From assembly GCA_950072105.1 (NCBI GenBank), contig CATMOE010000076.1:1-14276 (forward strand): a stretch of 14,276 nucleotides of DNA, given 5' to 3'. Positions 7,242-14,276 of this stretch are shown in pieces (positions within the stretch are counted from its first letter, which is position 1; each line of letters begins with the position of its first letter). Under the pieces are notes generated by a model. That model was given only the letters and a program-made list of their open reading frames with translations. It ran no database searches and was not told the DNA's origin. The DNA comes from an uncultured Dehalococcoidia bacterium. GTDB lineage: Bacteria > Chloroflexota > Dehalococcoidia > Lucifugimonadales > UBA3495. Position numbers and translations under genes: made by a program.

Positions 7242-7964
7242 ATGACGTCGACACCTGAATCCTCCATGATTCCGGATGTTTTCCCTCTGGAAGAACGCCA
7301 AGCAGTCTACCGGGCCATCTACGCCCGGCGCGACATACGGCACTTTCGCGGCGACCCGATCCCAGATCAAGTCCTAGCCCGGATAATAAAAGCGGCTCAC
7401 CAAGGGCCTTCCGTGGGGTTCATGCAACCCTGGGACTTCATGTTGATCCGCAGTTTGGACGTGCGTAACCAGGTCAAGGAGCTATTCGAGCGGGAGCGGC
7501 AAGCGGCGGCATGCTATTACGACGAGCCCCGCCGCTCCCATTACCTATCCCTAAAGCTGGAAGGGATCCTGGAGTCTCCGGTAAACCTATGTATCACCTG
7601 CGACCCAACCAGAGCCGAAGAAGTGCTTGGGCGCAACTCTATCCGGGAAACCGACGTTTACTCTACCTGCTGCGCGGTGCAAAATCTGTGGTTGGCAGCC
7701 CGCTCCGAGGGAATCGGCGTCGGGTGGGTCAGCGTATTCAAGCTGCCTCAATTGAGGAAAATCCTTGGAATCCCGCCCCACGTGATACCGGTGGCCTATC
7801 TTTGTCTGGGCTATCCCGTCGAGTTTCAGAGCCAACCGTTGTTGCAGACAGAAGGTTGGCGCGACCGATTGCCCCTCACCGATTTATTGCACTACGACGA
7901 TTGGGAAGGCGTCGCCACACCGCCGGAATGGTCGGAGTTTCAACGCGCGCTTGAAGCAAACTAA
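7242..7964 (+). CDS. bluB: 5,6-dimethylbenzimidazole synthase (flavin destructase, nitroreductase fold)
   Basis: ERQAVYRAIYARRDIRHF, PSVGFMQPW, LKLEGILESP, VLGR...DVYSTCCAVQNLWLAARSEGIGVGWVS, AYLCLGYP; B12 riboswitch upstream. Start moved from GTG 7170 to ATG 7242, which has GGAG at 7229-7232 and lies downstream of the terminator. Confidence 0.92.
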   Translation: MTSTPESSMIPDVFPLEERQAVYRAIYARRDIRHFRGDPIPDQVLARIIKAAHQGPSVGFMQPWDFMLIRSLDVRNQVKELFERERQAAACYYDEPRRSHYLSLKLEGILESPVNLCITCDPTRAEEVLGRNSIRETDVYSTCCAVQNLWLAARSEGIGVGWVSVFKLPQLRKILGIPPHVIPVAYLCLGYPVEFQSQPLLQTEGWRDRLPLTDLLHYDDWEGVATPPEWSEFQRALEAN

Positions 7965-8210
7965 AAGGAACAAGGGCCTTTTCTTTACCGACGCTTTACC
8001 CTCAACATCCCCGCCCAAGAGCCCGCGATACTGGGGCTGGAATAGCAACCCTGCACGTCAATTCCGAACGCCGAATACGCAACCCCATTTTTCGCCCTTG
8101 CCCCGCCCCATATAATGTACCTAGCGCAATATTCCAGCTTGCGTGTAGAGAAGGCGAAATGTTAACATAGGCAGTAATCATATCCGCGCTCAAATCTGGG
8201 AGGATAATAC

Positions 8211-9614
8211 ATGGCGAATAACGATGTCGCTTCGATGGCTCACCTGATGCGGCGGGCCGGATTCGGAGCCCAGTATCATGAGCTAGAAGCCAGAGCCTCC
8301 AAAGGGTACGAGGCAATGGTGGAAGAGCTTTTGAATCCCACGGAAGAATCCCATGGGATGGACCTGGACCTGGGGGAACGGTACTTCATCGAATGGAATC
8401 ACTTCATCCGGTGCGTTCCCGAATACATCGCTTTTCGCATGGTTAACTCCTACAACCAGTTGGAAGAGAAAATGACCCTCTTCTGGCACGGCATCCTATG
8501 CACCGCCGACAGCAAGGGACAGAGCCAAGTCACCGAGAACGCCCAGATGGATATGCTCCGCCGGTGCGGCATGGGCAACTTCAAGGACCTGCTGTTGGAG
8601 ATCTCCAGAGACCCGGCAATGGTGTACTTCCTGGATAACTGCCTGAGCCACAAAGACTCGATCAACGAGAACTACGGACGGGAATTGCTGGAGCTATTTT
8701 CCCTGGGTGTGGGCATGGACGGAAAGTTCAACTACACCGAGGATGACGTCAAGGAGTGCGCCCGGGCATTTACGGGCTGGACCATCGCCAACGCCATCCC
8801 CGGACAGCCCTACGGCCGCTACAGTTCCCAATTCGTTTATAACCCCCACGACCACGATGACGGAGAGAAGACTTTCTTGGGTGAGACCGGTAACTTCAAC
8901 GGTGAGGACATCATCGACATCATCGTCAAGCAGCCGGCCACGGCCCGTTTCATCTCCCGCCACCTGTACAATTACTTCGTCGCCGATGAGGCACAAGTGC
9001 CGTCCTGGATGGACACGCCGCCCCGTGACCCTGAGACCATAAAGATGCTGGAAGACGAGTACTTCCGGACCAATTACGACATCCGCTCCATGCTGCGGGT
9101 GCTGTTCAACTCCGACGCCTTCAAGAACTCCCGTTTCTCCCGCATGAAGGGCCCCATCGATACGGTGATTGGCACTCTGCGGCTGGTGGGCGACTGGACG
9201 ACCCCTAAGCCCGGCTTTGAGGCCATCTTCGAGGAAATGAAGCATATGGGTCAGGAGATCCTGAACCCGCCTTCCGTCGAAGGCTGGCACACGGGCAAGG
9301 AGTGGATCGACGGCGGGACCCTGCTGCGCCGGATCAACTTCATCGCCGACTACGTGGGCGATGTAAGCTACCCCGGCATCCAGAGCATCGTTGAAAAATT
9401 GGCCTCGGAAGGCCCCACCATGTCACCCGAAGGCCTGGTGGACGGTTGCCTGAGGCTGTTAGGACACTACGAGGTTGCCGATCAGACCCATCAGGAATTG
9501 CTGGAACACGCGCGGAAGAGCGGCGATCTACCGACCAATACCCGGGAGTTCCCGAAAAAGGTTGGCAAGATGCTTCAGCTAATAGTAGCTACCAAAGAAT
9601 ACTTATACGCCTAG
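8211..9614 (+). CDS. DUF1800 family protein
   Basis: AHLMRRAGFG, QLEEKMTLFWH, NENYGRELLELFSLG, YTEDDVKECARAFTGW, HDDGEKTFLG, PPSVEGW. RBS GGAGG; paired with DUF1501 as usual. Confidence 0.92.
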   Translation: MANNDVASMAHLMRRAGFGAQYHELEARASKGYEAMVEELLNPTEESHGMDLDLGERYFIEWNHFIRCVPEYIAFRMVNSYNQLEEKMTLFWHGILCTADSKGQSQVTENAQMDMLRRCGMGNFKDLLLEISRDPAMVYFLDNCLSHKDSINENYGRELLELFSLGVGMDGKFNYTEDDVKECARAFTGWTIANAIPGQPYGRYSSQFVYNPHDHDDGEKTFLGETGNFNGEDIIDIIVKQPATARFISRHLYNYFVADEAQVPSWMDTPPRDPETIKMLEDEYFRTNYDIRSMLRVLFNSDAFKNSRFSRMKGPIDTVIGTLRLVGDWTTPKPGFEAIFEEMKHMGQEILNPPSVEGWHTGKEWIDGGTLLRRINFIADYVGDVSYPGIQSIVEKLASEGPTMSPEGLVDGCLRLLGHYEVADQTHQELLEHARKSGDLPTNTREFPKKVGKMLQLIVATKEYLYA

Positions 9615-9688
9615 CCGACGAATTCGGCATCGGATTCCTGGCCGCCGGTAGGTTTAGGGACCACAACACATTTTGGTAAGGAGAATCT

Positions 9689-10825
9689 ATGACCTCCAAC
9701 AAGAAAGACCCGGTGCTGGTAGTTCTTCAGATGACGGGGGCCTATGACGCCCTGAATACCTTCATCCCCTATAGCGACCCCCATTACATGGACTACCGGC
9801 CGGTGGTGAATATCGCGCCGGAAGACGTCCTGGCCGTCGATGACAAGGTTGGGTTCCACCCGGCCATGGCCCCGATAAAAGATATGTACGACCAAGGGAA
9901 GGTCGCGGTCCTGCAGGGCATCGGCTACCCCAACCCCAACCGCTCCCACTTCCGTTCGTTGGATATTTGGCACACCGCCGAGCCCGAAAAGATGATTTCT
10001 GAAGGCTGGCTGGGCAAGGCCATCCGGGACCTGGACCCCAACAAAGAAAACATCCTGACCGCCGTTAACTTTGGCCGGGGCCTCCCGCGGGCGCTGGCCG
10101 CATCCGGCGTATCGGTAGCCTCGGTAGGCGACCTGAGCAACTACGGCGTGCTGACCGGCATGCAGGGCGCCGATGACCGGAGCGAAGCCCTAGACATCTT
10201 CGCCCGGATGTACGCTCCCATGATTGGCACCGGCCCGGTGAGTGACTACCTGTCCCAGACCGGTTTGGACGCCTTGAGAGGGGCGGACATACTGAGTGCC
10301 GCCCCCCAAAACTACTCTTCCAGCGTGGAGTACGGCGGAAGCCCCTTGGCACAGTGGATCAAGAACATCGCCCAGGTGCATCTGGCAGACTTCGGGACCC
10401 GGATATTTTACACAGGCGTCAATCCAGGCACATTCGATACCCATGCTAACGAGAACATCACTCTCCCCAAACTGTGGGGCGACGTGTCCAACGCCATCGC
10501 CGACTTCCACGAGGATCTGAAAGAGCATAACGCCAATGAGGAAATTGTCATCCTGCTGTTCACCGAGTTCGGCCGCCGAGTGGTGGATAACGGCTCGGGC
10601 ACGGACCACGGCTCGGGAAGCGTGGCCTTCTTGATCGGTGACGCGGTAAAGGGCGGACTTTACGGAGAGTATCCTTCGCTGGAGCCGGAAAAACTGGACT
10701 CAGGCGACCTCCATTGGAACAGCGACTTCCGGCGGACCTATGCCTCTATCCTGGAGCAATGGATGGGCTTGGACGCGAATCCGATACTAGGGGACACCTA
10801 CGAGCAGTTCGACCTCATCAGATAA
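9689..10825 (+). CDS. DUF1501 family protein
   Basis: LVVLQMTGAYDALN, GYPNPNRSHFRS, GWLGK, FDTHANE, TEFGRRV, GTDHG, DFRRTYASILEQW. RBS TAAGGAG. Confidence 0.92.
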   Translation: MTSNKKDPVLVVLQMTGAYDALNTFIPYSDPHYMDYRPVVNIAPEDVLAVDDKVGFHPAMAPIKDMYDQGKVAVLQGIGYPNPNRSHFRSLDIWHTAEPEKMISEGWLGKAIRDLDPNKENILTAVNFGRGLPRALAASGVSVASVGDLSNYGVLTGMQGADDRSEALDIFARMYAPMIGTGPVSDYLSQTGLDALRGADILSAAPQNYSSSVEYGGSPLAQWIKNIAQVHLADFGTRIFYTGVNPGTFDTHANENITLPKLWGDVSNAIADFHEDLKEHNANEEIVILLFTEFGRRVVDNGSGTDHGSGSVAFLIGDAVKGGLYGEYPSLEPEKLDSGDLHWNSDFRRTYASILEQWMGLDANPILGDTYEQFDLIR

Positions 10826-10858
10826 CAGCGTAAGAAGAATCACATAATTTGTCCCAGA

Positions 10859-10964
10859 CTCAATCCTCTCCCCTTGTGGGAGAGGATTGAGAGCCTGTCC
10901 TGAGCGTGCCGAAGTATGAGGGGCATCACCCCCCATACTAACCTTCCCCCTCGAGGGGGAAGGG
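10859..10964. repeat. Intergenic REP-like element of three tandem hairpins
   Basis: 14-bp perfect stem CTCAATCCTCTCCC/GGGAGAGGATTGAG (10859-10891); 10/11-bp stem at 10913-10939; 22-bp perfect palindrome CCTTCCCCCTCGAGGGGGAAGG (10942-10963). Confidence 0.8.
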
Positions 10965-10991
10965 ACAATGTTTAGAATTCGCGGAGGAAAC

Positions 10992-12026
10992 ATGGTCACT
11001 GAAATAGCGCCTGTGACTTTCCAGTATAGCCACACCATCGGACGGCAAGAAAACCGGAGTGGAACCGGCTTCTTCTATCCTGTGGCGATAACCCTGGACA
11101 ATGAAAACCGTTTATACGTGCTGAACCGTGGCTCGGAAACCCCGGCGTTTTTCCCCTGCAAACGGGTTACAGTTTTCACTGTAGACGAAGAACTGGTCCG
11201 GGAGTTCGGCGAAAAGGTCCAACCGGAAGACGCCAATGATTCCGCCCCTGCCGGTACTTTCATGTGGCCCACGTCCATCGCTCTCGACTCCGAAGGCATC
11301 GCCTACGTATCCGACGAGTGGCTCAACCGGATATCCATCTTCAACCAAAACGGCGATTGTACCGGCACCTGGGGGACACTGGGTGACGGCGACGGTGAAT
11401 TTAATAAACCCTCCGGGCTGGCCTTCGACAAAGAAGACAACCTGTACCTGGTGGACGGCGCGAACCACCGCATCCAGAAATTCACCAAAGACGGCAAGTT
11501 CTTAGCCAAATGGGGCCATCTAGGCACCGGTGATGGCGAGTTCGAGCATCCTTGGGGAATAGAGATTGACCACAACGGGGACGTCTACGTAGCGGATTGG
11601 CGCAATGACCGGATCCAGAAATTCGCCCCGGACGGCACGTTCCTGATGAAGTTTGGCGTCTCCGGACAGGGTGATGGGGAGTTGAACCGTCCCACCGGAA
11701 TCGCGGTCGATAAAGATGGGATCATCTACGTAACCGACTTCAAGAATGACCGCCTGCAAGTGTTCGACACCGATGGCAGCTTTATCACCAAGCTGATGGG
11801 CGAGGCAACCTTGTCCAAGTGGGGTCGGCAGCGGGTTGAACTCGATCCCAGTATGATGAGGGGCCGGGAAAGGGCCCCGAGCCTGGAAGAGCGGGAGAAG
11901 CTTTTCCAGGGGCCGATCGCGGTAGAGGTGGACGATGATGGCCGGGTTTTCGTGGTGGAGACCTCACGCCAGCGCGTCCAGGTTTTCCGCAAGCAGACCG
12001 CCATATTCGGTGGCGGACCGCTTTAG
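10992..12026 (+). CDS. NHL-repeat six-bladed beta-propeller protein
   Basis: Six NHL units (FFYPVAITLD, FMWPTSIALD, FNKPSGLAFD, FEHPWGIEID, LNRPTGIAVD, FQGPIAVEVD), most followed by YV.D..N.RIQ.F. Start set to ATG 10992 (RBS GGAGG at 10983-10987). Confidence 0.93.
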   Translation: MVTEIAPVTFQYSHTIGRQENRSGTGFFYPVAITLDNENRLYVLNRGSETPAFFPCKRVTVFTVDEELVREFGEKVQPEDANDSAPAGTFMWPTSIALDSEGIAYVSDEWLNRISIFNQNGDCTGTWGTLGDGDGEFNKPSGLAFDKEDNLYLVDGANHRIQKFTKDGKFLAKWGHLGTGDGEFEHPWGIEIDHNGDVYVADWRNDRIQKFAPDGTFLMKFGVSGQGDGELNRPTGIAVDKDGIIYVTDFKNDRLQVFDTDGSFITKLMGEATLSKWGRQRVELDPSMMRGRERAPSLEEREKLFQGPIAVEVDDDGRVFVVETSRQRVQVFRKQTAIFGGGPL

Positions 12027-12070
12027 GGAAATCTATCCCGACCTACCGCGATAAATTCGTAGCGAATCGA

Positions 12071-12110
12071 AACGCCCCGGCCTCCTTCGGCCGGGGCGTT
12101 GTTTTTTTGT
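12071..12110 (+). terminator. Rho-independent terminator
   Basis: 12-bp perfect stem AACGCCCCGGCC/GGCCGGGGCGTT followed by GTTTTTTTGT, 45 nt after the NHL stop. Confidence 0.92.
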
Positions 12111-12230
12111 TCCTGAAGGGGCGGAGAGAGACAAGATGTATGTTTACCAATGGTCTGCCAGGTAACTAACGAAATCAGAGGACCTAAAATCGCCCCTCGC
12201 TCCTTGGTAACCCGACTTGCTCTTCGACAT

Positions 12231-12286
12231 CTGACAAACAAAATGTGCGGTGATATTCTTTAGCCGGCTAATGTTATGCCGGTTAA
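12231..12286 (+). promoter_or_regulatory. marR promoter with overlapping palindromic operator(s)
   Basis: CTGACA (12231-12236), 17 nt, TATTCT (12254-12259) with extended TG; perfect palindrome TTAGCCGGCTAA (12260-12271); degenerate copy TATGCCGGTTAA (12275-12286). Confidence 0.7.
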
Positions 12287-12304
12287 CTTAATTACCTGGG
12301 AGGT

Positions 12305-12745
12305 ATGTTGACCAACCAATCAATAAAGGACAGTGTTGGTTACACTTTGGCCCAAGTCTGCAAACTGCATCGTCAACGGGCGGATAACCTGCTCAACACC
12401 ATCGGGCTGCACGTGGGCCAAGAAATGTTCCTCACTGAACTCTGGCGAAAAGACGGGATTTCCCAGACCGAGCTAGCAGAACAACTGTCGCTCCAGCCTG
12501 CGACGGTGACAAATTCACTGCGGCGCATGGAACGGGAAGACATTGTGGAGCGCCACGATGACTCGGATGATCAGCGGGTCTCCCGTGTATACCTCACCGG
12601 CAAGGGGCGCGGACTGGAAGGCCCGGTTGAAGAGAAATGGGGACAATTGGAATCCGAAGCCTTCGCCGGGTTCAGTTTAGAAGAGCGCGTACTGTTACGC
12701 CGGCTGCTCCTACAAGTTTATCAAAATCTGGCAGGTCATCCATAG
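12305..12745 (+). CDS. MarR-family transcriptional regulator
   Basis: GISQTELAEQLSLQPATVTNSLRRME...VER..D..DQRVSRVYLTGKG winged-helix signature, 146 aa. GGAGG is only 1 nt from the ATG, so TTG 12308 may be the true start. Confidence 0.94.
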   Translation: MLTNQSIKDSVGYTLAQVCKLHRQRADNLLNTIGLHVGQEMFLTELWRKDGISQTELAEQLSLQPATVTNSLRRMEREDIVERHDDSDDQRVSRVYLTGKGRGLEGPVEEKWGQLESEAFAGFSLEERVLLRRLLLQVYQNLAGHP

Positions 12746-12778
12746 CCTGAACTGACTGAACTTATTTTAATCTATTCA

Positions 12779-12790
12779 TTAGCCGACTAA
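12779..12790. promoter_or_regulatory. MarR-type operator copy downstream of marR
   Basis: TTAGCCGACTAA, 11/12 identical to the palindrome at 12260-12271. Confidence 0.65.
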
Positions 12791-13016
12791 GCACTGTAAT
12801 GGGAGCCCGACATGTGATAACTGACTTACAAGGCGCCACTCAGGAATCCACTAATAACCGGTAAATAGCAAAGCGCGGCGCCATCCTTGACCGGATCACT
12901 GAACCGAAGCTCGTCAAATCCCGGCTCGGCGTCCCCGGCGGCCCCATCTTAACACGTGTCCTGGCAACGGGAATCGACGCCAAAATGGCAGAGGGCAACG
13001 AATGAGACCGAGATGA

Positions 13017-13047
13017 TTGACACTCACCTGTCAGACAGGTGTATATT
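13017..13047 (+). promoter_or_regulatory. Promoter with a dyad operator inside a 19-bp spacer
   Basis: TTGACA (13017-13022), 19 nt, TATATT (13042-13047). The spacer contains the perfect inverted repeat CACCTGTC-A-GACAGGTG (13025-13041). Confidence 0.7.
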
Positions 13048-13134
13048 GCGCTCATTCCATATGGGTCCTGCCCAAGATCCAAACCAACCCAAATGGTAAG
13101 TCTCGATTCGAATCCAGGCAAGGAGGCTTCGGAG

Positions 13135-14103
13135 ATGGCAAGTAGCTACAGTATCTTAGTTGGAACCACCGGCGCGGGGCTGTTTCAGAGTCCGGACGGC
13201 GGCGAGAATTGGAGCCGAATCCGTGACCCATTCCCCGGAGAATCTCAGATAAGGGCCTTGGCCAGCGACCCCCAAAGCCCCAACGTGGTATACGCGGGCT
13301 CCAATAACGGGATCTACCGCAGCGAGGATTCCGGGAGCAGTTGGGTGAAGTTGGACTCGCCCATGGATGGGCTGAACATCTGGTCCATCGCCATTGATCC
13401 CTTGGATTCCGATACCGTTTTCGCCGGTACCAGTCCAGGCTTGGTGTTCCGGACCCAGGACGGCGGCAAGAGTTGGAAAGATCTGTCGGTGCCCATCAAC
13501 CAGGAGTGCGCCATCGGCTCAACCCGGGTTACCGCTTTACTCGTGGACCCGGTCGACCGGGGCACAGTGATGGCCGGGGTAGAGATCGACGGTGTATACC
13601 GCAGCAGGGACGGCGGAGACTCCTGGACCCACGTGGACAGTGGCATCACCAACCCCGACATCCATGGCATGGCCATCAGCATTGGCGAACAGAAAACCGT
13701 GCTGGTAAGCACACCCCGGGAGATATTTGCCAGCCAGGACGATGGGGAAACCTTCCAGTCTCTGGCGGTTACCACGTCCTTCCCGATGCCCTACTGCCGG
13801 TGGATCGCGGTCAAGGCCGACGACCCGCAGGTGCTGTTCGCGGCCAACGGCGACGCAGCCATCGGGAATACCGGCACGATTCAACGTTCCACCGACGGCG
13901 GCAAGACCTGGGACACCAGGCCCCTACCCGTGGAACCCAACTCGCCCCTTTGGAACTTCGCCACCCACTACGCCGACCCGGAGTTGATCCTGGCCAACAG
14001 CGTCTACGGCGAACTGTACCGCAGCGCCGACGGCGGTGAAAATTGGGAGAAGATCAAGAAGGAATTCACCGAGGTGCGGGCCCTGGCCTGGATCCCGAAC
14101 TAG
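13135..14103 (+). CDS. BNR/Asp-box repeat beta-propeller protein (sialidase/VPS10/YCF48-like fold), function unknown
   Basis: Seven Asp-boxes: SPDGGENW, SEDSGSSW, TQDGGKSW, SRDGGDSW, SQDDGETF, STDGGKTW, SADGGENW. Start set to ATG 13135 (AGGAGG at 13121-13126); the GTG at 13039 lies inside the promoter. Confidence 0.9.
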   Translation: MASSYSILVGTTGAGLFQSPDGGENWSRIRDPFPGESQIRALASDPQSPNVVYAGSNNGIYRSEDSGSSWVKLDSPMDGLNIWSIAIDPLDSDTVFAGTSPGLVFRTQDGGKSWKDLSVPINQECAIGSTRVTALLVDPVDRGTVMAGVEIDGVYRSRDGGDSWTHVDSGITNPDIHGMAISIGEQKTVLVSTPREIFASQDDGETFQSLAVTTSFPMPYCRWIAVKADDPQVLFAANGDAAIGNTGTIQRSTDGGKTWDTRPLPVEPNSPLWNFATHYADPELILANSVYGELYRSADGGENWEKIKKEFTEVRALAWIPN

Positions 14104-14124
14104 CACCATAGACAATTCTAAATC

Positions 14125-14169
14125 ATCGCGTAGCGCTCCGAGGATTGGAGCGTTACGCGATATGTTTGT
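14125..14169 (+). terminator. Long hairpin after the Asp-box gene, probable terminator
   Basis: 15-bp stem ATCGCGTAGCGCTCC/GGAGCGTTACGCGAT (one G-U pair) followed by ATGTTTGT (weak U-tract). Confidence 0.6.
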
Positions 14170-14276
14170 CTGCCTTACATTTGAATCGCTACGGCTAACT
14201 GAGGTGGACCCGGAAATTCGGACAGGTAGCTAAGTGAGGGACCCGCTCCTAAAATAAGCGCAGCTGTTGCTGTGAA

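Noticed and set aside
8111..8168. TATAAT (8111-8116) and palindrome ATGTTAACAT (8159-8168) upstream of DUF1800
   Set aside because: Plausible promoter and operator, but there is no matching -35 and no second copy of the palindrome; too weak to call.
8694..9290. Long antisense and alternate-frame ORFs here and over other genes (e.g. 4664-5146, 6352-6798, 13473-14039)
   Set aside because: They are shadow ORFs of GC-rich coding sequence with no recognisable motifs, overlapping well-supported genes.
10859..10964. CRISPR array or tRNA interpretation of the hairpin cluster
   Set aside because: No identical repeats with unique spacers, no cloverleaf or T-loop/CCA motifs, and no cas genes.
12840..13121. 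93-aa minus-strand ORF
   Set aside because: No recognisable domain or RBS, and it overlaps the promoter of the Asp-box gene.

Overview
Bacterial chromosomal window; gene content and style suggest Chloroflexota, possibly Dehalococcoidia/SAR202-like (inference only). Left to right: (1) a frameshifted IS3-family OrfA remnant joined directly to a 5'-truncated, probably decaying STAND (NB-ARC-like) ATPase-TPR gene; (2) a minus-strand block with an atypical orphan NarL/LuxR regulator, two signal-less HtrA-like (S1C) proteases (one with a PDZ domain, one without) and an ABC-2 exporter; (3) a cobalamin riboswitch with an intrinsic-terminator expression platform controlling a stand-alone bluB; (4) a DUF1800-DUF1501 pair lacking export signals, a triple-hairpin REP-like element and a six-bladed NHL protein; (5) marR flanked on both sides by a TTAGCCGGCTAA-type palindrome, with an apparently decayed downstream target; (6) an Asp-box/BNR beta-propeller gene behind a promoter with a 19-bp spacer containing a dyad. 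The best candidates for an uncharacterised system are the regulator/dual-protease module (with a possible coupled TPV-repeat micro-ORF) and the cytoplasmic DUF1800/DUF1501/NHL set. All family calls come from motif recognition by eye, not database searches.
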